Below are positions 1 to 10,469 of a stretch of 64,000 bases of DNA, piece after piece. The stretch lies in the NCBI GenBank assembly GCA_964016885.1, contig OZ024759.1:21576001-21640000 (forward strand). The letters are read 5' to 3'. The position numbers and the translations under genes were made by a program. The stretch comes from Eledone cirrhosa. Its lineage: Eukaryota. Each line of letters starts with the position of its first letter. Position 1 is the stretch's first letter. The notes under the pieces were generated by a model. It was not told the origin of the DNA. It was given only the letters and a program-made list of their open reading frames with translations, and made no database searches.

Positions 1-528
1 TCTAACCCATGCTAGCGTGAAAAATGGGTGTTAAATAATGATGATGATTACTCTATATATACTATTGTATTTTCACAGTAAAGGCTTTACATCACATAAT
101 TATCTCATACAATATCGAATCTACGAGATTTTGATATTATTCATTTTGCTCAAGAACACAACACACAACCCAGTCCAGGAATTGAACCCACAACCTTATG
201 AATATCTTTACCACGTGCCTCCACAACACTATCATTGAATCAAATTAAACATTAAAGTCTTTACACCAATACTGCAAATTTTCACAACAATCTGTCCCCT
301 AGGAAAGATACTATAAACATTTGAAGAAACCTCTTCCAAGGTCTTATGTGGGTGACTCCTTCGCCCCAAAATCTTCAATAGGTGTTGGCCCTTTGTGAAT
401 TTTCAGTATGATACTGTTGAAACCTTGAACCAAATATCTGCTTCAGAGTGAACTCCATTAAAAGCACTCATGGGTCATGAGGTGTAAGGTTCTAAAATTG
501 AAGAATAAATTTTACCAAGATTTCTTAC

Positions 529-597
529 CCTTAGCATCATCGGAGGGATCCACATACACCAAATCTTCACCAACCTGTTGTAACTGTAATGATCCCT
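529..597 (-). CDS. LAP3: Leucyl aminopeptidase exon 4 (gene continues beyond window start)
   Basis: Acceptor TATAG|, donor G|GTAAGA, phase-compatible with exon 3. Translation (K)GSLQLQQVGEDLVYVDPSDDAK resembles LAP3 GCRQIQDLELSSVEVDPCGDAQ. Confidence 0.85.
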
Positions 598-614
598 CTA
601 TAATAATACAACAT

Positions 615-722
615 GTTTTATAATGTGATATCAAAAGTACAGCATATTACATATTTTATAATGTGATATCAAAAATACAACATATTACATATTTTATAAT
701 GTGATATCAAAATACAACATAC
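615..722. repeat. ~38-bp tandem repeat, about 3 copies
   Basis: TTTTATAATGTGATATCAAAA(G/A)TACA(G/A)CATATTACATA repeated. Confidence 0.8.
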
Positions 723-765
723 TACAGGAAGCTATTTGTTCCCAAGAATATCAGATGTACAAGGA

Positions 766-1149
766 CAGTGGAACCTTGGTTTATGAACTTAATCTGTTCC
801 TGAAGGCCATTCGTAACCCATAACTATTTTTCCCATACAAAATGTTAGGAGAGAGAGAGAGAGAGAGAGAGAGACTGTGTGAGAAAGAGCAGATAGATAT
901 CATCATAGTAACTAACTAAACATCAAGTGATGCTTTCTTGCTAATACTCCCAGCTTGTTGTCAACTGTTGTTGCCAGCTTCCATGTTTATTACTCAAGAC
1001 ACCATTCGTCAACCGATACGTTTTATGTTGGAAAAATTGTTCGTGATGAGAGGCGTTCATGATCCAAGGTTCCACTGTGTGTGTATATATATACATATGT
1101 GTGTGTGTGTATGTGTTATGAGGGGTGTTTGTGAACCAAGGTTCCACTG
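766..1149. mobile_element. pogo/Tigger-like MITE with duplicated right end
   Basis: Left TIR CAGTGGAACCTTGG at 766. Its reverse complement CCAAGGTTCCACTG ends at 1077 and again at 1149, the latter followed by TA. Confidence 0.65.
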
Positions 1150-1179
1150 TATATCATAGAAACAAGAAAGATAACTCAC

Positions 1180-1340
1180 TTGCCACAGCTGTTCTAACAT
1201 TTTCATGACCTCCATGTCGACATTCCAGTTCATTATAGCTTTCACCTTCCTTTCCAAGATTCACAACAGTTAACAAAGGGAACTCTTCACACACACCAAA
1301 CAACAAATGGCTTTTTCCTTTCTTAAATGATTTTCCAAAT
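1180..1340 (-). CDS. LAP3: Leucyl aminopeptidase exon 3
   Basis: Acceptor TTTTCTTAG|, donor A|GTGAGT, phase-compatible with exon 2. Translation FGKSFKKGKSHLLFGVCEEFPLLTVVNLGKEGESYNELECRHGGHENVRTAVA resembles LAP3 ...FPSVVLVGLGK...GKENIRAAVA. Not in the ORF track. Confidence 0.9.
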
Positions 1341-1391
1341 CTAAGAAAATGTTTTTAAGAAGTCATTAAATGTTTTTAATATAAGATTTAA

Positions 1392-1611
1392 CCCTTTAGC
1401 ATTTACATTACTCTATATGTACTATAGTATTTTTGTGGTAAAGGCTTTATTTTACATAAATATCTCACATAATATCGAATCTACAAGATTTTGATATTAT
1501 TTATTTTGAGAACAATACCTTAACATCAGTGTGTGCAGCAAATACGGCCAGTTTGAACAGAAAGAGGTGAGAGAATTCTGGCTGGATATAGCAGGTTTAA
1601 ATGCTAAAGGG
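1392..1611. mobile_element. piggyBac-like MITE
   Basis: 14-bp TIRs CCCTTTAGCATTTA / TAAATGCTAAAGGG flanked by TTAA on both sides. An internal segment recurs at ~48-150. Confidence 0.8.
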
Positions 1612-1795
1612 TTAAAGAAACAGTGCAGATGATCTACATGATGAAAGCACTCAATACATATTGTAAAGTGGTTGGTGTTAGGAAGGGCCCAAACAAGGGG
1701 TTGGAAGGACCCTTCAGTTTGTGTTGGAAGACACAACAACTCCTTTGGACTCAACAGAATGTATGACCATCTTATGTGAGATGCAAACCTGTTGG

Positions 1796-2045
1796 GGCCT
1801 GTCAGGGAGGTCAGTATCCCTACTTCAGTACTGACTTGGCCTTTGTAGATCTGTCCAACCCTTGGCCTGTCAGGGAGGTCAGTAGCCCCGCTTCAGTACT
1901 GACTTGGTCTTTGTAGATCTGTCCAACCCTTGGCCTGTCAGGGGGGGGGGGGGGGTCAGTAGTCCCGCTTCAGTACAGACTCGGTCTTTGTAGACCTGTC
2001 CAACCCTTGAAAGCAGGGAAAGTGGACATTAAATGATGATGATGA
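1796..2045 (+). repeat. 68-bp tandem triplication inside a retroposon 3' end with (GAT)n tail
   Basis: GGCCTGTCAGGGAGGTCAGTA...TGTCCAACCCTT x3, then GGAAAGTGGACATTAAATGATGATGAT. A similar tail occurs at 1-50. Confidence 0.7.
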
Positions 2046-2309
2046 TTGCTGGTGCCTTAATAAAACACACCATTTTGGAAAATATATAATTCTATGTTAA
2101 GAATAAACTGTACAGTAGAAGATAATTACGGAATATCTAATACTAATTTTTAACTTAAACAAAAGACCAACAAATTTTGGGGAAAAACAAACTAGAAATA
2201 TATGTTAGTGCCACTTCTAATTAACTACATGTTAGTACCATCTCTAATTAACCATAAATATGTTAGTAGCACCTCTAATTAAGTAGAAATATAATTACAA
2301 ATAACTTAC

Positions 2310-2431
2310 AGATTTATTTGCTCTGTCAATTTTCCGGAACATTTTTCATCGAAATATTTTGCAGCTTTCGAGAGTATGAGGGGATCATCTTTAACTGGAG
2401 ATTCATAAACACCCAGGACTAAGCCTTTGTT
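2310..2431 (-). CDS. LAP3: Leucyl aminopeptidase exon 2
   Basis: Acceptor TTCTCAG|, donor CT|GTAAGT. Translation NKGLVLGVYESPVKDDPLILSKAAKYFDEKCSGKLTEQINL resembles the recalled LAP3 mature N-terminus (TKGLVLGIY...FDKLLAGKLRETLNI). Confidence 0.9.
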
Positions 2432-2546
2432 CTGAGAAGTATAATACACAGACATATATATATACAGATCGAACCTTGAGCTGATCAGTAGCGAAACATG
2501 TGTCACCAACCAATAAACATAATGAAGGGGTAACCATTCGTCCTTG

Positions 2547-2602
<56 letters not shown>

Positions 2603-3070
2603 CGAAAAAAATAAGAGGAAAATGCAATTGGAGTCTTTAAGAATGTTTATTTACTATAACTTTAGTGGTTTAATAAGTTTCATGATTTTCAAAAGTTTAG
2701 AGAGTTGGTGAGATGTGTGGCTATGCCAACTTGTAACTTGCATCTAACTCATATTGGAAATTTGTTTCAGTTTTATGTAAAAAATGTGGCTCAGATAGCT
2801 GTTTTCAACTTCTTTTTCCTATATTTCTATCTGTGTGGGACATATAAAAAAAAACAACCTATTTCGGTGTCAACGTATCATCATTATATCTATCCACATG
2901 TAACGCACTTTTCGTGGTTGATCAGCTCAATGTTCAATCCATATTGATCATGCCCAACTCTGGATCAATAGCTTATCAGACTTGTGGTTTCCATTAAATT
3001 ATATATATATATATAAATTAATAAAATAATGAATAAACAAAGAAACAGTTCCTTATATTAAAAAAAAAAT

Positions 3071-3210
3071 CATCATTTTACGATCGTTTCTAGGATATAT
3101 ATGTGTTAGAATTGGTATGCATATTCTATAGATCTATGTACAATATTTATACAAACTATCAGAGGGAATATACATACCTACACATATATATGCTGTCTTC
3201 AGAAATAATG
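3071..3210 (-). ncRNA. Type I hammerhead ribozyme with 105-nt stem II, sense within LAP intron 1
   Basis: Minus strand reads CATTATTT-CTGAAGA-[C.A mismatch, then ATATATATGTGT/ACACATATATAT and GTATGTATATTC/GAATATGCATAC helices]-GAAAC-GATC-GTA-AAATGATG. This gives an 8-bp stem I, palindromic stem III ACGATCGT and a GUA cleavage triplet. Confidence 0.75.
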
Positions 3211-3356
3211 TCTTCAGAAATAATGTCTTCAGAATAATGTCTTCAGAAATAAGTAATATAAGTATGTATAACAGCCGTACTAAGAGTGAGAAATGAAATT
3301 TCGTTTCATTTTTTCCATTTATATATAAGTAGTTCCACAACAGTTAATACACCATT

Positions 3357-3400
3357 TCCAAGATCAATTTATTTCACCTCAAATGGATCATCAGCTTGGA
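3357..3400 (-). ncRNA. Minimal hammerhead, mutated copy (same family as 38690-38727)
   Basis: TCCAAG-CTGATGA-TCCATTTGAGGT-GAAA-TAAATT-GAT-CTTGGA. Stem I is 6 bp, but the triplet reads GAT (U16.1 lost). Confidence 0.55.
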
Positions 3401-4139
3401 TATGGTGTATTAACTGTTGTGGAACTATTTCTACCAAACTCGTCCCATGGATTGAGTGTTCTACTATTACGGATATAACCCACCAGTGTTCTACCACTAG
3501 ATATATGTATATATAAATATAGATATATGCATGTATGATACAACCATATAGTTATTTTCAACTTGTGTTATACATATGTATATATGCACACATACACACA
3601 CATATATTTCACCTGTCCGGCCTCCAGTCATTTTACCCTCTGATAATAAACTCCATTCCTGCATCACAAACAGGATTCAACATCAAAGATGGATTGAGTT
3701 ACATAATGTTGAGTGCTTTTCCTACATCATGGTTAACTATACTAAATGATCAGTTCTACCCAGTGGTGAACCACCGAACTTAAATGAATATATATAGTTA
3801 AAAACAGGGGTAAAATTCCATACAAATTGAGGATTCTAGGTAACAACTATGGTGAGGTAGAAAAGTGTATTTAGAGAATCTTTATCTTGAATCCAACAAA
3901 ACAAATATTTCTATATTTGATACATCAAATATATCTAAGTTTAATCGAATATTATTGATATCCATGGTTATATTATCAAATAATAATTACATTAATTTTC
4001 TTCTCATATTTGGTTAGAATTTTGAAGGTGAATGTTTATCCTATGGTCCTTGATGTGTTTTGAACAAATATAGCCTTTAAAGCTGTTGTAAATTACTCCT
4101 TTTCTGTTGTTCTCCTATCTTAGAATTCATAACACCCAT

Positions 4140-4570
4140 GTCAGGGATGCTGGAATAACCAAGTATCTCACCAGGATCATCACATCATACGTTGAGAAGA
4201 CTGGCTGATAGCGAGGCGAAGACGGCGGAATAACCAAGTACTCCCACTAGGAGCATTATCTCATATGTCGGGGAGACTGGCTGATAGTGAGGCTAAGATG
4301 CTGCTATAACCAAGTACCCTCACCAGGAGCATCACTTCATACATCGGCAGACCAGCTGATAGTGAGGCTAAGACTTTGGAATAACCAAGCACGCTCACCT
4401 GGAGTATCATTACATACATCGTCAGACAAGCTGATAGCGAGGATAAGACGGTGGAATAAACAAGTACTTTCACCAGGAGCATCATTTGATACATCGGCAG
4501 ACTGGCTGATAGTGAGGCTAAGATGCTGGAATAACCAAGCACGCTCACCTGGAGAATCCCTTGATACAGC
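4140..4570. repeat. 75-bp minisatellite, ~5.5 diverged copies, in LAP intron 1
   Basis: ACTGGCTGATAGTGAGGCTAAGATGCTGGAATAACCAAG... recurs every 75 bp, which explains the 25-aa periodic ORFs at 4261-4610. Confidence 0.85.
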
Positions 4571-5238
4571 GGCAAGGAGAGTCACCAACGTTTCGAAGGT
4601 CACACGTTGAAAAAAATTACCGGTAATTCCTGGAATTTGAGAATTTAATTCTGTGCCGGTACAGCTCCAGTGTCTTCCAATAAATTATATAAGACCGAGA
4701 AGCAAGTATTTAAAAAAAAAATTACAATACTTAAAGGACAGGAGATTAAGGAGCGAAAGTTAATCAATGACACCGTATAGCTGAATCGTATTACCTTTAA
4801 ACCGGGCACCAGATAATTTTAAGGAAATGTTAGTTTTAATTAAAGGTTTTTCAGTTGTGGCCGCCAGGACTTATGTATATAATTGTTAGAAATGAGTTTA
4901 CCCAGCTATGGGTTAAATAGCCTCACCAACTCGCTATTATCCAAGCGTGGTGAGTATGGCTACACCCCCTGACATGACCAAAACCAAAACAGAAAAGAAC
5001 GGTGGAGGTCAATTAGGGAGGCGTTCCTCCGGTAGGAATGAAAAGGCCCTGGATTGAATTGAATATTATACACGGTGATTTGAGGGAGATGTAGTTGCCA
5101 TTTCTAGCAGATCTAACGATGGCTTAGAGGTTCCTTCACATCATGCTATCAATTAAAACATTTCGACAAAGACTTTCTGTAGGTTGGTTTGTTTTTAAAA
5201 TTTTGTTGGGTTTAATAAATTACAGTCATAGTACTTAC

Positions 5239-5373
5239 GAGTTTAGCAGTAGCTGATAACTGGCGTCTATTTAAGGGGCGACCTTTAATAATAGAACCGT
5301 TGAGTAGAAACCATTGGGAGTGCTTTATTTCTTTTGTAACTCGTGCTGCCGTTCGCAGTAGCGAGGTAGCCAT
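5239..5373 (-). CDS. LAP3: M17 leucyl aminopeptidase (LAP3-like), coding exon 1; putative mitochondrial transit peptide
   Basis: ATG at 5373 gives MATSLLRTAARVTKEIKHSQWFLLNGSIIKGRPLNRRQLSATAKL (45 codons; Arg/Ser/Leu-rich, one acidic residue). It ends in phase 0 at CTC|GTAAGT, matching the phase-0 start of the next exon. Confidence 0.8.
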
Positions 5374-5500
5374 GTTTTAAGGTAGCTAAAGAGTTATTTC
5401 CCTTTGTAATTATGAAATCATGGATGTAGACTTTCGAAATAGGTACGTCTCGTCTTAACGGAAGTATAGCTTTCTTGAAACTTGTTTTCTATACGTTCCG
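5374..5500 (-). promoter_or_regulatory. Probable 5'UTR/proximal promoter of the LAP gene
   Basis: Unique, relatively CpG-containing sequence immediately upstream of the ATG, with an ETS-type ACGGAAGT at 5458-5465. Positional inference only. Confidence 0.3.
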
Positions 5501-5705
5501 AAAAAAAAATTTTGGGGGGATGATAAAAATATGAATAAATAAACAAAACTTTTTTTTACACGAAAACATACATTTTTAAACGTACAGAGTATATTATGTA
5601 AACATATAATTATTTGAAGTAAAATTCCTCGCTATACTTTATATAATTGGTTATTTGTGTCTGTATATGAGTGTATGTGTGTATGTGTGCTTTGTATTCT
5701 GAAAT

Positions 5706-5751
<46 letters not shown>

Positions 5752-5811
5752 TATATATATGTTAACTTAATATTCAAATTTTGAAATCATTATATTTTTT
5801 ATTACGGACAG

Positions 5812-6215
5812 TGGATTGGTAGTAATTTGTAGAGTGTCGGACACCATGCTTTGCGGCATATAATTACGTCTTTTTACGTTCTGAATTCAAATCTCGCCTA
5901 GGTTAGTTTCGCCTTTCATCCTTACAGGGTCGATAAAATAAAATACCAGTAACACAATGGGGCGATTTAATCGACTTTCCCTACCCCAAAATTTTAAGAT
6001 CTTATGCCTAAATCAGAAACCATTGGTGGATTGGCAGTGTATCGGTAGAGGGTCGGACGCCATGCAAAGAGTTACGTCCCTTTATGATCTGAGTTCAAAT
6101 CCCGCTGAGGTTAACTTTGCCTTTCATCCTTACGGGGTCGATAAAATAAAGTACCAGTAATGTACTGGGTATTTGCTGGCCTTGTGCCAAAAGTAGAAAC
6201 AATTATATTATTATA
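5812..6215 (+). mobile_element. Two tandem tRNA-derived SINEs (family A)
   Basis: A-box-like TGGCAGT, B-box GAGTTCAAATCC, conserved core GCCTTTCATCCTTACGGGGTCGATAAAATAAAGTACCAG and tail GGCCTTGTGCCAAAAGTAGAAACAATTA. Confidence 0.8.
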
Positions 6216-6539
6216 TTAAGGAGTAGGATAGTGGTTTGGAAAAATCATTGGTGCGTCGGACGTAACATTCTGTGGTGTTTCTTCTGTCTCTTTACGTTCT
6301 ATAGACTATAAACTGGTGCTTATAGACTATAGGTTGGAGCCTGTAGACTATAGGCTGGTGCCTATATTTTATCTCATGTTGATCTCTCTGCTAGGAGTTG
6401 CGACCGGTAGATAGTATCAGCAATTGGAAATACCAATGGAAACATTTATTCTTTGGTCTGATTTGACGAGTTCCCACCCAAATGGATAAGCGAGTGAGGT
6501 TTGAGATCTTGTCAGTCGATTCCTAATTCACCCTCAAAG

Positions 6540-6882
6540 TTAGAATGCTTGACTGGGAGAGAAGCCTATATTATACTTGAGGATCATAAGGATGACTTCA
6601 TTAATAAACCAAACTGCAGACTCATAAACCCTACCAAAATGGAATTAGTACTTGTTAATAAAGACATACTTAGAAAAATGAATATAGCCATTAGAAAACA
6701 ATTCAATCTTAATCAGTAGGACAATAGTAAAGTAATCATAGATTGGTTTAATATCCTTAAACACACTAAGAAGGCTAGGTCCACTCAATTTGATATAGTT
6801 GATTTTTAACCCTTGATATCCACAATGTTACTTCATAAGGCCCTTGATATCGCTAGCAATTTCACCAATATAGACGAGTTAG

Positions 6883-6885
<3 letters not shown>
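6540..6885 (+). pseudogene. Penelope-like retroelement reverse transcriptase fragment
   Basis: One frame with 2 stops: EAYIILEDHKDDFINKPNCRLINPTKMELV...LNQ*DNSKVIIDWF...QFDIVDF*PLISTMLLHKALDIA. CRLINP and FDIVDF(Y)P.I correspond to PLE-type RT motifs as recalled. Confidence 0.75.
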
Positions 6886-6938
<53 letters not shown>

Positions 6939-6940
6939 GT

Positions 6941-7110
6941 AAAAGGTAAACAGAAATAACAACGCAATCGGTACAGTATATGGAAGGGATATATTAGGTT
7001 AACGCTTGATATAGCAGGAAGAGGGTCTTAACGTTTCGGACGCTAGTCCTTCACCAGAAGAAATAATGAGAAATAAGATAGATTGGGGGAACGAGCGGGT
7101 TGGAATTGGA
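6941..7110 (-). mobile_element. Short non-coding HHR-bearing element (family G), core mutated (CTGGTGA)
   Basis: Homologous to 27705-27800, 31565-31700 and 46043-46180. HHR at 7026-7061. Confidence 0.65.
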
Positions 7111-7198
7111 AAAAATGTCTTTAGATGCATATATGGGGAAGAGGTTGGAGGAAGAGCTTGAGAAAAGAATGGAGCTGGGGAGAAAAGATTTGAGATTG

Positions 7199-7281
<83 letters not shown>

Positions 7282-7333
7282 GAAAAAAACGAGGAAGTTT
7301 CGTTTACATATGAAAAATATTTATTGCGTATCG

Positions 7334-7425
7334 ACCTGTTACGCGCGTTTCGCAGAGGATTGGCTCAAGGTGACCTATAGGAATTATGGACCCGACTCCA
7401 GGATCGATCTGCTCGTCAGACTGGT
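7334..7425 (-). ncRNA. Type I hammerhead ribozyme with 61-nt stem II
   Basis: ACCAGT-CTGACGA-GCAGA...TCTGC-GAAAC-GCGC-GTA-ACAGGT with palindromic stem III ACGCGCGT. AATAAA lies 8 nt downstream. Confidence 0.8.
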
Positions 7426-7526
7426 GATGTGACAAAAGATATATTTTTGTTGTGGTATGTGGGCTGCGAAGGTATATATATATATGTATATATATGTGTA
7501 TATATATGTGTATATATATATATATA

Positions 7527-7568
<42 letters not shown>

Positions 7569-7590
7569 TGTATATATATATATATATATA

Positions 7591-7646
<56 letters not shown>

Positions 7647-7664
7647 TGTATATATATATATATA

Positions 7665-7706
<42 letters not shown>

Positions 7707-7722
7707 TGTATATATATATATA

Positions 7723-7787
<65 letters not shown>

Positions 7788-7800
7788 ATATATATATATA

Positions 7801-7837
<37 letters not shown>

Positions 7838-7934
7838 GATAATACGGGCGCTGCGGAGTTGCAAATGGGTTACATATGAAAAAAGTTTGTCCTTCATCAG
7901 TGATCTTCCAACTATCATAGGCATTTCATCGCTT

Positions 7935-7995
<61 letters not shown>

Positions 7996-8040
7996 AAGTA
8001 AAATAAAAAGTCAAATGTTTTAAATTTAGCTTCGTTTATT

Positions 8041-8095
8041 ACTGCTATATATATTTCGGTGACAGCCATCTTTGGCTGTGACCTCTTCAGGCAGT
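8041..8095 (-). ncRNA. Type I hammerhead ribozyme
   Basis: ACTGC-CTGAAGA-GGTCACAGCCA-AAGA-TGGCTGTCACC-GAAA-TATAT-ATA-GCAGT, immediately followed by AATAAA. 5-bp stem I, 10/11-bp stem II, AUA triplet. Confidence 0.85.
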
Positions 8096-8209
8096 CCGAA
8101 TTAGTGTGGTATAGACAAGTACATATGTTGTTGAGGTGTATAATTTTGTCAATACTCTGATATGCCCAGTTCCTGGTTGGGTTGTTATTTCACTGAGGAA
8201 CTGGAATCA

Positions 8210-8490
8210 TATGAATTCAAACAAACGAATTTCAGTGTCAAAGGGCCTCTTCTCTCATCTGTCCAATGAGAGGACGACGAGTGTTCCAGTTGATCTGATT
8301 AACAGAACAGCCTGCTCGCGAAACTAACGTGCAAGTGGCTGAGCATTCCACAGACACACGTACCCTTTACGTAGTTCTCAGGGAGATTCTTTGTGTCACT
8401 GTGTGTGACAAGGCAGGTCCTTCGAACTACAGGTACAACTCATATTTGCCAGCTGAGTGGACTGGAGCAACATGAAATAAAGTACCATAA
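8210..8490 (-). mobile_element. SINE family B 3' portion
   Basis: Reverse-complement homology to 60034-60288 (CACTCAGCTGGCAAA...GAGTTGTACCTGTAGTTCGAAGGACC...CTCCCTGAGAACTACGT...CAGCCACTTGCACGTTA). Confidence 0.75.
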
Positions 8491-8802
8491 ATGCACTGGG
8501 TCGATTTAATCGATTTCCCGCTCCCCTTCAAATTGCTGGCCTTGTGCTTATAATAGAAATCATTATCAGGGTCGATCAAATAAAGTACCGGTAATGCACT
8601 GGGATAATTGCTGGCCTTGTGCCAAAAGTAGAAACAATTATTATTATCATTTATTGAGTTCAAACCTTGCCGCGTCTAGCTTTGCCTTTCATCCTTACAG
8701 GGTCGATAAAATAAAGTACCAGTCATACACTGGTTCGATTTAATCGACTTTTCCTTCCCCTCAAAAATTGCTGGCCTTGTGTTTATAGCTGAAACAATTA
8801 TT
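8490..8802 (+). mobile_element. Cluster of SINE family A 3' fragments
   Basis: Repeated GTCGATAAAATAAAGTACCAG / AATTGCTGGCCTTGTG motifs. Confidence 0.7.
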
Positions 8803-9487
8803 ACCACAAAGAAATTTATGCGATATTATTTCATTTTTACAATCATTTTCAATTTAACAATTGAATTATACAAGTCGAAATTGTTAAATATTTAGAGAAA
8901 TAAAGTAAAATGGAAAAACTGGAAAATGTAAAACTATGGACATTTTATATATAGAAATATATATAAAATGTATATTTGATTTAAGTGAAAGATAAAGAGA
9001 ACATGATTGTGTGTGTATGTGTAATTATGTCGATATGCGAATGTGTGTGTATATATGTGTGTGTGTATGTGTGTGCATGCATGTCTGTCAGTGTGTGCAT
9101 GTGTCTGTGTATGTATCTGTGTCTGTGAAAATGTGTGTGTGTGCATATGCTTGTGAATGTGTGTCTATATGTGTACCTGTATGACTATGGGCGCCTATAT
9201 GACTATGTGTGCGCCCCTGTGTGCATGTGTATGTATATGCGCCCGCGTACATGTTTTCATTTGCATGTATGTGTTTGTGTGTGTGTGTGTGTACCAGCAT
9301 AGATGTGTAAGCGATTTGTGTCTGTGTGAATCTATATAACTGTGTGTCTATGTGTGTCCCCCTGTGTATGTGTGTCTGTACATCTATATAACTGTGTGTG
9401 TGTATGTGTGTGTGTGTGTCTGTACCTTTATATAACTCTGTGTGTCTGTGTGTGTGCGCGCCAGTATATCTGTGTGAATATGTGTGC

Positions 9488-9553
<66 letters not shown>

Positions 9554-9871
9554 GTGTCTGTGTGCCAGTGTCTACACCCATTTATAATATTCAATCTATT
9601 TGATTTTTAAAATCCAATATTCTAAAACACATTAAATAAAACTCACTAGTTTATTTTGATAGATAAACTGAATGAATAAAGATTAGATTTCCTTTATTAT
9701 CCAAATATATGAACCAGTTGCATCCAAATTTCACCCCCACATCACACTTTTACAGCTACAAGTCGTAAAATGTTCACCGGAATTAAATTGAAATTTATTG
9801 AGTAAGTTAAATACACAGTAAACTCTAGGTTTAATAGTAATACAACAAAATAACGATGTTTAATTGCAATG

Positions 9872-10030
9872 CAGGTGGTGAATTAGCAGAGTCGTTAGAA
9901 CGTTGGATAAAATGCTTTGTGGTATTTGTTCCAGGTCACTGCGCCCTCTGAATTCAAAACATGCCGAGGTCAACTTGGCTTTCCTTCATTTCGAGGTTGA
10001 TAAAAAAAGTACCAGTCTAGTATTGGGGAC
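9872..10030 (+). mobile_element. SINE family A variant
   Basis: GGTGAATTAGCAGAGTCGTTAGA...GAATTCAAAACATGCCGAGGTCAACTTGGC...AGTACCAG. The downstream ~100 bp is also shared with 32400-32680 and 58970-59310 (minus). Confidence 0.65.
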
Positions 10031-10469
10031 GATTTTTCTTTTATATCTCTTTCTCTCTCTCATTTTCAATCAATCATCTGGAAGAAATCTGCTGTATTCA
10101 GACATGGAAAGGAAATGAGCTCCGCCAGGCTTAAAATGCCCAAGAAACGCTGTATGCCATTAGAACGTCCATACGACTATATCAGGTGTTAAAGGACCAT
10201 AACATACCAACATACCATCATACCATCCTGTAATGATTTAGCTGAAAAAATCTTTGTTAAGTTAATTCAACTGTATGTAGTATTCGTTCCAGCTCTCTGA
10301 GTTCAAATCCTGTCGAGATCAACTCCGCCTTCCATTCTTTCAAGATCGATAAAAAACCACACTCTCTCTATATCTCGAACAGTATGTAAGACATCAATGA
10401 CAGATTCAGTGTTATGTTGACGTGCAAGAGATGATTCCAATGTTGAAGGTGGCCAAATTATATTCGTTC

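Noticed and set aside
1497-1754. 85-aa minus-strand ORF between LAP exons
   Set aside because: Overlaps a piggyBac-like MITE and a retroposon fragment; LAP exons 2 and 3 join in phase without it.
3860-4130. Possible decayed retroelement coding sequence in LAP intron 1
   Set aside because: Only vague resemblance, with multiple stops and no diagnostic motif.
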